From positions 19,634 through 83,633 of the forward strand of contig CAZARI010000007.1 of assembly GCA_964487545.1 (NCBI GenBank): a stretch of 64,000 nucleotides of DNA, given 5' to 3'. Source of the stretch: an uncultured Cryomorphaceae bacterium (GTDB lineage: Bacteria; Bacteroidota; Bacteroidia; Flavobacteriales_D; SKUL01). Every line of letters begins with the position of its first letter. Position 1 is the stretch's first letter. The notes below the pieces were generated by a model that worked only from the letters and a program-made list of their open reading frames with translations, ran no database searches and was not told the DNA's origin. The translations under genes and the position numbers were made by a program. This document shows, one piece after another, positions 9,869 through 19,849 of this stretch.

Positions 9869-10405
9869 ATGATTCTACGCCCGGCTTTCTGTATCATTTC
9901 CCTTTTACTGATGGTTTTCTTATCGGGTTGTGGAACAGACAAACTCCCAAGTCCTTCTCAACCTGAACTGCTGACCGCAAAAATATTTGGCGACAACGGT
10001 CATTTTCGCAGCAATAAAATCGGTAATTCGCTGGAGGAAGTTGTAGAACACGACCGCGATTTTCTTTTTAAAAGAAGGAGTGAAGAACTGGGTTATTCGA
10101 TACCGCTCGCTGCAAACGACAGTGCCCATTACGACGTTTCGTATTATTTTAAGCGAAATAGACTGGTGGAAATTCAAGTGGATGTTTTGCTGGGCACCGA
10201 AAAGAAAACAGAAAAACTCTTGGGCGCCTTTGTGGGTCATCTTCGCGAAAAATATGGCGATCCATCGGAAAAAACAGGCTATGCGTATTGGGAAATCACC
10301 AATCAACAACAGCGTCTGGAAATCACTCTTCGCGATGTAAGCCGGGAGCACAACCGGCCATTTTTGTCATTAAACTTTGTTGAACCCGACAGATTTAACC
10401 CGTAA
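9869..10405 (+). CDS. Hypothetical lipoprotein
   Basis: From MILRPAF: hydrophobic signal ending in lipobox LSGC; its stop overlaps the next start. Confidence 0.7.
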   Translation: MILRPAFCIISLLLMVFLSGCGTDKLPSPSQPELLTAKIFGDNGHFRSNKIGNSLEEVVEHDRDFLFKRRSEELGYSIPLAANDSAHYDVSYYFKRNRLVEIQVDVLLGTEKKTEKLLGAFVGHLREKYGDPSEKTGYAYWEITNQQQRLEITLRDVSREHNRPFLSLNFVEPDRFNP

Positions 10406-12177
10406 TGTCAGAAAACAAACAGCTACCCTTGCTCCACATCAAGGATCTACAGGTAACCTTTCGCACAGAAGAAGCCGAAGTGGTGGCTGTGGATGGCATC
10501 AATCTGACGCTTTTTCCGGGTGAAACCGTGGGCGTGGTGGGAGAATCGGGTTCGGGCAAAAGCGTAACGAGCCTGGCAGCCATGCGGCTCATTCCCGATC
10601 CTCCGGGAAAAATCACATCAGGTGCTATCCTGTATTCGGGCCGAGGCGAAACCGTAGATCTGCTATCCCTTTCGGAAAACGAAATGCGAAGTTATCGCGG
10701 CAATGATATCGCAATGATTTTTCAAGAACCGATGACGTCGTTGAATCCAGTGATGAAATGCGGCCAGCAAGTAAGCGAAGCCATTGTGCTTCATCAGAAA
10801 GTTTCCAAAAAAGAAGCGCGACAAAAAACAATTGAGCTGTTTAAGGAAGTGCTGCTGCCGCGCCCCGAAGCCATGTACGACGCCTACCCGCACCAACTAT
10901 CGGGCGGACAAAAACAGCGGGTGATGATTGCCATGGCACTGTCGTGTCAGCCCTCGGTGCTCATTGCCGATGAACCAACCACTGCACTTGATGTAACCGT
11001 GCAAAAAACCATTCTGGAACTGCTTAACGAGCTGCAGACCAAGCGAAATATGTCAGTGATTTTCATCACCCACGATTTGGGCGTAGTGGCCGAAATTGCC
11101 GACCGCGTGGTGGTGATGTATCGCGGAAACGTGGTGGAAGAAGGCAACGTGCAACAACTGTTCGAAAACCCACAACACCCTTACACAAAAGGATTGCTGG
11201 CTTGTCGTCCGCCGCTCGACAAACGCCTTAAAAAACTGCCGGTAATTGCCGATTTTCTCGATCGCCAGGAACCTACTGACAACGAACCTACGGTTAAAGC
11301 TGTGCAACACGACCTGGAATACACTTCCGAAGAAATCGCACAACACCGTAAAAAACTCTACGAACAGGAACCACTGCTGAGCGTGCGCAATCTGCAAAAA
11401 TGGTTTCCGGTAAAAAAAGGCCTGTTCAACCGCACTGTGGATCACATCAAGGCCGTGGACGATGTTTCCTTTGACGTTTTTCCCGGAGAAACCTTGGGAC
11501 TCGTGGGCGAATCAGGCTGTGGCAAAACCACCCTCGGCCGCACAATTTTAAAACTCACCAAACCCACTTCGGGCGAAATTTGGTACCGAAATCGCAACAT
11601 CACCGACTTTACGGCTGGTGAGATGCGCCCCATGCGGAAACACCTGCAAATCATTTTTCAGGACCCGTATTCATCACTCAATCCGCGGCTCACCGTGGGC
11701 GATGCCCTGATGGAACCAATGAAAGTTCACGGCATTCTCGACAGTTATCGGCAGCGAAAAGATAAGGTGATGGAGTTGTTAGAAAAAGTAAACCTGCACC
11801 CCGATCATTTCAGAAGATACCCGCACGAATTTTCGGGTGGCCAGCGCCAGCGGATTGTCATTGCCCGCACGCTCACACTTAATCCGGAGTTTATTATTTG
11901 TGACGAATCGGTGTCGGCGCTCGATGTTTCGGTGCAGGCTCAGGTGCTCAACCTACTCAACGACCTGAAAAAGGAATTCAATTTCACCTACATCTTTATT
12001 TCTCACGATTTGTCGGTGGTGAAATTTATGAGCGATCGGATGGTGGTGATGAACGGTGGTAAGATTGAGGAAATGGGCATTGCAGATGAGATTTATCGTC
12101 ACCCCAAATCGCCCTACACCCAGCGGCTAATTGACGCTATTCCCGGAACATCTCTCACAAAATCAGGCACCTTTTAG
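10405..12177 (+). CDS. ABC transporter ATP-binding protein with two fused OppD/OppF-type ATPase domains
   Basis: Two Walker A motifs ([16 protein letters not shown]), two signatures ([16 protein letters not shown]), HPYTKGLL and SPYTQRLI. Confidence 0.93.
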   Translation: MSENKQLPLLHIKDLQVTFRTEEAEVVAVDGINLTLFPGETVGVVGESGSGKSVTSLAAMRLIPDPPGKITSGAILYSGRGETVDLLSLSENEMRSYRGNDIAMIFQEPMTSLNPVMKCGQQVSEAIVLHQKVSKKEARQKTIELFKEVLLPRPEAMYDAYPHQLSGGQKQRVMIAMALSCQPSVLIADEPTTALDVTVQKTILELLNELQTKRNMSVIFITHDLGVVAEIADRVVVMYRGNVVEEGNVQQLFENPQHPYTKGLLACRPPLDKRLKKLPVIADFLDRQEPTDNEPTVKAVQHDLEYTSEEIAQHRKKLYEQEPLLSVRNLQKWFPVKKGLFNRTVDHIKAVDDVSFDVFPGETLGLVGESGCGKTTLGRTILKLTKPTSGEIWYRNRNITDFTAGEMRPMRKHLQIIFQDPYSSLNPRLTVGDALMEPMKVHGILDSYRQRKDKVMELLEKVNLHPDHFRRYPHEFSGGQRQRIVIARTLTLNPEFIICDESVSALDVSVQAQVLNLLNDLKKEFNFTYIFISHDLSVVKFMSDRMVVMNGGKIEEMGIADEIYRHPKSPYTQRLIDAIPGTSLTKSGTF

Positions 12178-12258
12178 CGAGATTTACTACATTCGCGCCG
12201 TTATCAAGAACTCGTAATCAACCTCAACGCAAAGCAGGTATTGCTGTGCCCTTAATCA

Positions 12259-13995
12259 ATGACGAAAAGTCGCATCCAAAAAGCACTGCTGATTCTTAGC
12301 CTATTTTCCTGCTTGAGCATTTCCGCTCAGCAGCTTCAACTCGGTGCAGATCACGTGTATATTGATCACGAACTGAAAATGGTGGTGAGCAATCAAGACA
12401 TTGAATTGCTGAACTACCTCTATCCGTTTGGAATAACCTCCATCGAGCTCAACGGCCATTCTTACGATTTTTTATCAACGGTCAATCAACTCGAAACCGG
12501 CACCAGTTACGCCATTGAGGCTGACGAGAGTGTGTATCAATTGTATTTCACTTCACTCCCCGTTGTATCGATTGAGATGGATGGCATGCCGGTAAATTTT
12601 GAACGCAGACTCGCCACGGCATCCATTACCTCTTCTGACGGTGTTACCATACACGCTGACTTGGGTATTAACATCCGCGGCGGATACTCGCAATTTCTGC
12701 CAAAAAAATCGTATCGGATGGAGTTTGTATCGCTGGCAAACGACACGATGGTTAACCGCAACGTAAAGCTGCTTGACCTGCGCAATGACGATGACTGGCT
12801 GTTACTACCCATGTTCAACGAACCACTAAGGTTGAGAAATGCTGTTGGACACCGGCTCTGGGAAGATATGCACACTTTAAAGTATCAGCAAGAGGAACCA
12901 ACAGCGCTGCCAGGCACCCGTGCGCGCTACGTAGAATTAATTTTGAACGACAAATATCGCGGCGTTTATCTGCTCACAGAAAGGGTGGATCGCAAGCAGC
13001 TTCAATTGAAAAAATACAGTCAGGGCCATGATATGGAAGGTGAGCTCTATAAAGGAAGCGATTATGCTGCGGGCACCGTGACCTTCGATTTCCTGGCCTT
13101 TTACAACAACAACTCCCGCACTTGGGATGGATTTGAAAAAAAGTACCCACTGCGCGAAATGACAACCGACTGGAGTGGGCTTTACGAGCTGATTTCGGTG
13201 ATATTACAAACATCTGATTCGGTGTTCAGTCAGCAAATAAACAGTTATTTCGATCTGGACAATGCGGTAGATTATTTTCTATTTCTCAATTTGCTATATG
13301 CTCAAGACAACACCGGCAAAAACCTGTTTGTGGCTCGCTACAGTGCCGAGACCCCATTCTTTTTTGTTCCCTGGGATCTGGACGGCATTCTCGGTATTGA
13401 TTGGAAAAGCGATTTTCTGGGCATCCGTACCGACCTGCTCAGCAACGGCTTGTTTGACCGACTGGTGGTGAACTGATCGACAACGGGTTTCGGACTTAAG
13501 CTGAAAACGCGGTGGAGTGAACTGCGCGATTCATTGATTACCCCAGAAACCCTAACCGACAGAATTCTCCAGCAGCACGAATTGCTGATAAACAACGGTG
13601 TGTATGAGCGTGAACAAAAAGCATGGCCGGGATATAGTTATGATGCCGATATTTTAGATTACACCTTGCACTGGATAGAAAGCCGGTTTGCCTATCTCGA
13701 TGATTTCATTGCGGAATTTTGTGACGAAAACACACACTATGGTCCGCTGCGAACCATTGAACCGCAGGTGGATATCTACCCTGTTCCGACCACCCGTCAG
13801 TTGGGTGTACGGCATGTGGGCTTTGAGCCAGGCAGCCGGTATGTGCTGCGCGATCAATATGGAAGAATAGTTAAGCAGGGATTACTGGGCGTTCACACCA
13901 CCATTATCGACACAGGAATGCTGTCGGCCGGGGTTTATTTCATCGACTTGGAAGATGGTGTTAGGTTGGAAAGGTTGCGTTGGATGAAGCTATAG
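12259..13995 (+). pseudogene. CotH kinase-family protein with T9SS C-terminal domain, interrupted by one in-frame TGA at 13474-13476
   Basis: Track ORFs 12259..13476 and 13534..13995 share a frame and read ...FDRLVVN*STTGFGLKLKTRWSELRDSL... with no other stop. CotH motifs PKKSYRMEF, DNTGKNLF, VPWDLD; C-terminal IYPVPT...GRIV...LSAGVYFI. Confidence 0.8.
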
Positions 13996-14002
13996 CCGGG
14001 GT

Positions 14003-14662
14003 TCAGATATCCATTTCCGGAATATCCCCTTCAATTACCAACCGCCCGTCGGTAGCAGCCTTGATCTGTTCAACACTTACACCCGGCGCACGTTCCACCA
14101 GGCGAAATCCGCGGTCTGGGGTGACTTCCAGCACCGCTAGATCGGTAATTATTTTCTTAACACACCCTACTCCAGTAAGCGGCAGCGTGCACTGGCGAAG
14201 CAGCTTTGATTCACCGGCACGGTTGGTGTGCATCATGGCGACAATGATGTTCTCGGCGGAAGCCACCAGATCCATCGCCCCGCCCATCCCTTTCACCATT
14301 TTTCCGGGAATTTTCCAGTTGGCAATGTCTCCGTTATCCGCCACTTCCATGGCTCCGAGCACGGTCAGTTGCACGTGTTTGCCCCGAATCATTGCAAAGC
14401 TGGTAGCCGAATCAAAAAGGCTCGCACCGGGCAATAGCGTTACGGTTTGCTTTCCGGCGTTGATTAAATCAGCTTCCTCTTCGCCGTCATAGGGAAATTT
14501 GCCCATACCGAGAATTCCATTTTCCGACTGAAACTCAACGCTAACTGCATCGGGAACGTAATTTGCCACCAGCGTGGGAATCCCGATTCCGAGGTTCACA
14601 TACCAGCCATCCTCGAGTTCCTGTGCTATTCGCTTTGCTATTCCGTGTTTGTCAAGTGCCAT
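14003..14662 (-). CDS. scoB: 3-oxoacid CoA-transferase subunit B
   Basis: [19 protein letters not shown] (catalytic Glu) and [10 protein letters not shown]. Confidence 0.93.
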   Translation of the reverse strand: MALDKHGIAKRIAQELEDGWYVNLGIGIPTLVANYVPDAVSVEFQSENGILGMGKFPYDGEEEADLINAGKQTVTLLPGASLFDSATSFAMIRGKHVQLTVLGAMEVADNGDIANWKIPGKMVKGMGGAMDLVASAENIIVAMMHTNRAGESKLLRQCTLPLTGVGCVKKIITDLAVLEVTPDRGFRLVERAPGVSVEQIKAATDGRLVIEGDIPEMDI

Positions 14663-14744
14663 AATGCGTCATTTTTAATCATTTACCGCCTCCGATAACT
14701 TCTTTGCTGTGTAAGCAACAGAATTCCCCAAATATACCATTGCC

Positions 14745-15443
14745 TTATTCACGTGGCCGGACCGTGCGTTGCTCGATTCGTTTTTCATAATTGCTTCCTT
14801 GGAAAATGCGCTGAACAAAAATTCCAGGCGTGTGAATAAAATTCGGGTCCAACTCACCGGGCTCTACCAATTCTTCAACTTCGGCAATCGTAATTTTTCC
14901 GGCCATGGCCATCATTGGGTTAAAATTACGGGCGGTGCCTTTGTAGATCAGGTTGCCGAATTTATCACCCTTCCAGGCTTTAACAATAGCAAAATCGGCC
15001 GTGAGGGCCGATTCAAGGATATGTGGTTTGCCATTGAAATAGCGAACATCTTTGCCCTCGGCTATTTCCGTTCCGTAGCCTGCTGGCGTGTAAAACGCGG
15101 GAATTCCTGCTCCACCTGCGCGGCAACGCTCTGCCAGTGAACCTTGAGGAATCAGGTCTACTTCGAGTTCACCGCTCAGCATTTGCCGCTCAAACTCTTC
15201 GTTTTCACCAACGTAGGAAGAAATCATTTTTTTGATTTGCCGCTTTTTCAAAAGCAGACCCAGACCAAAATCATCTACTCCCGCGTTGTTTGAAATACAT
15301 GTCAGGCCGGTGATTTCCTTTTCAACCAGCTCAGCGATGCAATTTTCAGGGATACCGCACAAGCCGAATCCTCCAAACATAACGGTCATATTATCCTGCA
15401 TTCCCTGGATTGCCGCAGCGGCATTTTCAAAAACTTTATTCAT
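14745..15443 (-). CDS. scoA: 3-oxoacid CoA-transferase subunit A
   Basis: GGFGLCGIPE, PQGSLAERCRAGGAGIPAF, TARNFNP, HTPGIFV. Confidence 0.93.
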   Translation of the reverse strand: MNKVFENAAAAIQGMQDNMTVMFGGFGLCGIPENCIAELVEKEITGLTCISNNAGVDDFGLGLLLKKRQIKKMISSYVGENEEFERQMLSGELEVDLIPQGSLAERCRAGGAGIPAFYTPAGYGTEIAEGKDVRYFNGKPHILESALTADFAIVKAWKGDKFGNLIYKGTARNFNPMMAMAGKITIAEVEELVEPGELDPNFIHTPGIFVQRIFQGSNYEKRIEQRTVRPRE

Positions 15444-15484
15444 CTGAAATCATTTTGCGACCAAATTAACCAAATGACAGCACA

Positions 15485-17920
15485 TCACCAATTGGGAGCA
15501 CTTTGCTCAAAGATTCCGCGGTTTTGGCGTTTGTATGCATCGCAGTCGAGTTCTACGGTGAGATCACCTGCCGGTTTTTCAAAATCTTCGCCCGAAACTT
15601 CGATGTCCGGATCGTCGATTAGAGAATGCATATAATATCCCCAGATGGGCAGCGCCATATTGGTTCCCTGACCCATTGCCAGTGTACGAAATCGCACCGC
15701 ACGGTCTTCGGCACCCACCCAAATACCGGTAACCAACTCAGGGGTAATGCCAATAAACCATCCATCGCTTTGATTTTGGGTGGTTCCGGTTTTGCAGGCC
15801 GCCGGTATCCCTCTGATGCCATCATAATCGCGGCTCGGCAAATCCATCCGCAGTCGCATCGCGGTGCCGGTAGTTCGTCCCCTGGTTTCGTTGTAAACGC
15901 CATCGATGGTTCCCTTCATCAAATCGAGCATGACGTATGCCGTTTGCTCGTCCATGGCTTCGTTGGTTTCAGGCACCACATCGTAAATAGCGTTGCCGTT
16001 CATATCCTCGATCCGAGTAACGATAATGGGTTTAATATGTACGCCTTTATTAGCAAATGTGGCATTGGCAGAGGTAATTTCTAGCACATTCATATCGGCA
16101 ACCCCGAGCGCCAGAGAAGGCACGGCCTCTAAATGGCTTTCCACGCCCAGATCGCGGGCCAGCTTAATCACGGCCTGCGGTCCGAATTGCTTTATTATCC
16201 ATGCCGTAACGGTATTTACCGAATTGGCCAATCCCCATTTGAGCGACACCAAATAACCGTATTCCCGGTCGGGATCCTGCGGTGTCCAGTCCTGAATCAG
16301 CCCAAAAGTACCTTTGTGAAAAGTGGTGGGTGCCTTTACCACCTCATGGCACGGAGAGTAACCTTCGCGAATGGCTGTGGCATAAACGAAAGGTTTAAAG
16401 GTTGACCCCACCTGCCGCTTGCCCGTACGTACGTGGTCGTACATAAAGTGCTTGAAGTTTGTGCCCCCTACCCAGGCTTTAACAAATCCGGTAGATGGCT
16501 CGATCGACACCATTCCCGTCTGCAAAAAGCTTTTGTAATAGCGTATGCTGTCCATGGGCGACATCAAGGTATCGACCTCTCCGTGCCAGGTAAAAACCTG
16601 CATCGGGACAGGCGTGTTAAAAACAACCGCGACCGAGTCTTCGGGAATCGCTCTCCACGAGTTTCCGCAATCATCGGCCCCACAAACAAAGTACACTCCA
16701 TTGGGCGTTGTTTCCTTCTCGATATTTACCCTTCGGTGACATTCTCCGCATTCCCTGCCCGTTATGAAACGATAACGCTCCGTACGGCGCATGGCGGCAT
16801 TCATAATCTGATCGATTTCGTCGGTACCCAGGTCATTCGAAAATGGTGGATTTCTCCACCGTTGGATGTCTTTAAAAAATGAATCCTGCAATTTGGTGTT
16901 GTGTCCGAGATGGTCTATTACCGCTTGTTCGGCGTAACGTTGCATGCGCGAATCGATGGTGGTATAAACGCGCAATCCATCGCGGTAAATATTGTAGGGT
17001 TTGCCGTCTGGCTTTTGATAAACGTAGTTTCCGGCGGCGTTTTTCTCACTGAACATGGCAGAGAGGTCAGCGCGTAGAATTTCACGAAAATACGGCGCCA
17101 ATCCTTGGGCGTGATCGACCTGCTGATAGTTCAGTTGCAGTGGTAGCACGCGCAGCGAATCATAGTCTGCCGAAGTGATATGTCCGTTTCGCAACATCTG
17201 ACCAAGCACCACCGCGCGTCGGTCGGCAGTCATCTCTGGGCGGCGAAGTGGATTGAAAAGCGAAGGGTTTTTACACATGCCCACCAGCATAGCGGCTTCC
17301 TGAACTTTCAACGAATCGGGCGATTGGTTAAAATAAACGTTGGCAGCCGATTTAATCCCTACTGCGTTATTTACCCAGTCGAATTTATTGAGGTACATCG
17401 TTATGATCTCCTCTTTGGTGTATTGTCTTTCGAGTCGGACGGCGATAATCCATTCTTGAAATTTCTGAAACACGCGTTCCACCGGATTGGATGCCCGGTT
17501 GTGGAAAAGCATTTTTGCGAGCTGCTGGGTAATGGTACTTGCACCCCCCTTTTTTCCCATAAAAATTACCGCGCGAGCCGTTGAGCGAATATCAATTCCG
17601 GCATGCTTCCAGAAGCGTTCATCTTCGGTAGATACCAATGCATTGACCAGATTGGGCGAAAGCTCTTCGTACTTTACGTTGACCCTGTTTTCGTGAAAGT
17701 ACTTACCCAGCACTTCTCCGTCGGATGACATGATTTCGGTTGCCAGGTCGGTTTTGGGGTTCTCGAGCTCATCAAACGATGGCAGATCACTAATTGAAGC
17801 GAGCCACAACATAACTCCCAGGCCAATAAACGGCGATAGGATCACGGCCCAGAGCAACAACACCAATTTGAGGTAACTGCGCTTTTTTTCGGTTGAAGAT
17901 TTTTTTGATTTTTCGGCCAT
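15485..17920 (-). CDS. mrcA: Class A penicillin-binding protein 1A (transglycosylase/transpeptidase)
   Basis: TM anchor; TG motifs EDERF, GASTITQQLAK, RKFQE-like segment; TP motifs STFK, SVN, KTGT. Start taken as MAEKS. Confidence 0.93.
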   Translation of the reverse strand: MAEKSKKSSTEKKRSYLKLVLLLWAVILSPFIGLGVMLWLASISDLPSFDELENPKTDLATEIMSSDGEVLGKYFHENRVNVKYEELSPNLVNALVSTEDERFWKHAGIDIRSTARAVIFMGKKGGASTITQQLAKMLFHNRASNPVERVFQKFQEWIIAVRLERQYTKEEIITMYLNKFDWVNNAVGIKSAANVYFNQSPDSLKVQEAAMLVGMCKNPSLFNPLRRPEMTADRRAVVLGQMLRNGHITSADYDSLRVLPLQLNYQQVDHAQGLAPYFREILRADLSAMFSEKNAAGNYVYQKPDGKPYNIYRDGLRVYTTIDSRMQRYAEQAVIDHLGHNTKLQDSFFKDIQRWRNPPFSNDLGTDEIDQIMNAAMRRTERYRFITGRECGECHRRVNIEKETTPNGVYFVCGADDCGNSWRAIPEDSVAVVFNTPVPMQVFTWHGEVDTLMSPMDSIRYYKSFLQTGMVSIEPSTGFVKAWVGGTNFKHFMYDHVRTGKRQVGSTFKPFVYATAIREGYSPCHEVVKAPTTFHKGTFGLIQDWTPQDPDREYGYLVSLKWGLANSVNTVTAWIIKQFGPQAVIKLARDLGVESHLEAVPSLALGVADMNVLEITSANATFANKGVHIKPIIVTRIEDMNGNAIYDVVPETNEAMDEQTAYVMLDLMKGTIDGVYNETRGRTTGTAMRLRMDLPSRDYDGIRGIPAACKTGTTQNQSDGWFIGITPELVTGIWVGAEDRAVRFRTLAMGQGTNMALPIWGYYMHSLIDDPDIEVSGEDFEKPAGDLTVELDCDAYKRQNRGIFEQSAPNW

Positions 17921-18030
17921 ACTATCAATCAACTGATGTATAAGATAACCCCCATTTTGTGTCTCGGCGGCACGAGCAAATTAAAGGCAAAACTATTATT
18001 AATGTTACAAAGTGCGTCGAAATAATTACT

Positions 18031-18048
18031 GATATGGTGCGCCATATC
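18031..18048. other. Perfect 7-bp hairpin/palindrome GATATGG-TGCG-CCATATC in the gldH-PBP1a spacer
   Basis: Seen directly. It could be a weak terminator, a processing site or an operator; there is no long U tract. Confidence 0.4.
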
Positions 18049-18138
18049 CTATAGCCCGAACAAGAACGGATTTTCCTGTTGAATTGTATATCCGATACCA
18101 CACCCTAACGATTTATACAGCAAAACTTCTATGTCTAT

Positions 18139-18621
18139 TTATCCTCCAGCAGGCTCAATTCGCACGCCTACATCAATGATGTGCTGAAGGGTATCCTCGC
18201 GCATGGCGTGCTCAATCTCGATGCGGTATTTGCCCATGAGCGGGAATTTTTTCTGATACTGGTACAGCACTTTGTTGGAGATTATCTTGTTGTCCACAAT
18301 AAAACCGTTTCCCGAACCGAGCCACCTGCCGGAATGGTCGGTGAGAATGCACTCAATGGTATCCTTCGATTTGCGGTTATTGGGGAAATAGGTATGAACA
18401 AACAAATACAGGTTGCTGTACTGGTAATCCTCGGTGTTGCGAAGGGTGACGAAAAAGTGTTGTGGGGAAAGGGTATCCGTCACTTCAAACTCACCTGAAA
18501 ACCGCTCTCCACGAGGCCAATCACCACCCGGTATTTCTGCCACAAACACGTGTGTAGGCGGTGTTTCACACGCAGCAAACAACATCCAGCCAGGCAACAG
18601 CAGCAGGATTAAGCGCTTCAT
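18139..18621 (-). CDS. gldH: Gliding motility lipoprotein GldH
   Basis: Lipobox FAAC, LRNTEDYQYSNLYL, DTIEC...GRWLGSG, IEHAMR...IIDVG. Confidence 0.9.
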   Translation of the reverse strand: MKRLILLLLPGWMLFAACETPPTHVFVAEIPGGDWPRGERFSGEFEVTDTLSPQHFFVTLRNTEDYQYSNLYLFVHTYFPNNRKSKDTIECILTDHSGRWLGSGNGFIVDNKIISNKVLYQYQKKFPLMGKYRIEIEHAMREDTLQHIIDVGVRIEPAGG

Positions 18622-19817
18622 GGTTTTTTGCGATTATCAGCACCACGGTTTCCTGATTGCTTTCGCGGACCCCCAGAACGGCCTTTTGGATTTTTTTTGC
18701 GCTTTTTGTTTTTGTTTCCGCCCAGCTTATTATCGAATCTATGCAGACTGTCTTGTCCCACCACATTATCGTAGTCGGGAGTGCTTTCTACAACAACAAT
18801 TTCTTCGTATTGTCTGAGGTCTTGCGGAAAGATGCCTTGTTTGTTCTGTTCCACCAGTTCATTGACCTGCTCCACGCGGAGACACACTGGTGTGCCCCCT
18901 TCTTCACCCTGATAGATAAACCACATTTTTTTCTCGAATATATCTGATTTAATACAAAAGGCCGTTGCTTTTTTGGTCTTAATGCGGGTATTAAAATCGG
19001 GAAACCCCTTCAGCGCTTCTAAGTAACTATCCAGCTCGTAGTTCAGGCAACATTTCAGCTTTCCACACTGGCCGGCCAGTTTCTGCGGATTGATGGATAG
19101 CTGCTGGTATCGGGCGGCAGCGGTAGAAACCGAGCGAAAATCGGTGAGCCAGGTAATACAGCACAGTTCACGACCGCACGACCCAATTCCACCAACACGG
19201 CTCGCCTCCTGTCGCGCGCCGATCTGGCGCATTTCAACGCGCACTTTAAACGTGTCGGCCAAATCGCGGATCAGTTGTCTGAAATCCACCCGTCCATCGG
19301 CCGTATAGTAAAAAGTGGCTTTGCTCATATCGCCCTGATACTCCACGTCGCTTATTTTCATATTGAGGTTTAGCGCCGCGGCAATTTTTCTCGTCCTGAA
19401 CATGGTTTCGTCCTCGAGTGAGCGGGCGTTGCGCCAGATGGCGATATCATCCGACCCGGCTTTTCGCATCACCTTTTTGATGTCGCGGTCGTGCTCCTCA
19501 ACGCCTTTTTTCTTCATTTGAAGCCGAACCAATTCTCCCTCAGCCGAAACCACTCCGATATCAAAACCCGGCGCACCATCAACAGCTACTACATCACCCA
19601 CCATCAATCGCTGACGGGTATCATTTTTGAAAAAGTCCTTTCGCGGACCTTTAAAACGAACTTCAACAATATTGCATGGGTTAAACCCCTCCGGAACAGA
19701 CACATCTGCCAGCCAGTCGAAAACCTCCAGATTGTTACATCCATAGGTTCCACACGAGCCGTTATTCTTACATCCTGCGGGCAAACCTCCACCTTTCGAA
19801 CAGCTACTACATCCCAT
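18618..19817 (-). CDS. ricT: PSP1/RicT family regulatory Fe-S protein
   Basis: Cys-rich N-terminus, RVDFRQL, GGIGSCGRELCC, KLAGQCGKLKCCLNYE; lies downstream of holB as usual. Confidence 0.88.
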   Translation of the reverse strand: MGCSSCSKGGGLPAGCKNNGSCGTYGCNNLEVFDWLADVSVPEGFNPCNIVEVRFKGPRKDFFKNDTRQRLMVGDVVAVDGAPGFDIGVVSAEGELVRLQMKKKGVEEHDRDIKKVMRKAGSDDIAIWRNARSLEDETMFRTRKIAAALNLNMKISDVEYQGDMSKATFYYTADGRVDFRQLIRDLADTFKVRVEMRQIGARQEASRVGGIGSCGRELCCITWLTDFRSVSTAAARYQQLSINPQKLAGQCGKLKCCLNYELDSYLEALKGFPDFNTRIKTKKATAFCIKSDIFEKKMWFIYQGEEGGTPVCLRVEQVNELVEQNKQGIFPQDLRQYEEIVVVESTPDYDNVVGQDSLHRFDNKLGGNKNKKRKKNPKGRSGGPRKQSGNRGADNRKKP

Positions 19818-19849
19818 ATTCTTGTTTACCTTTTTGTTTCACAAAATTA

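Noticed and set aside
13474-13476. Genome-wide UGA reassignment (genetic code 4 or 25)
   Set aside because: TGA ends well-conserved genes here at the expected positions (PGI/PMI, lipB, pheS, gcdH), so UGA is a normal stop.
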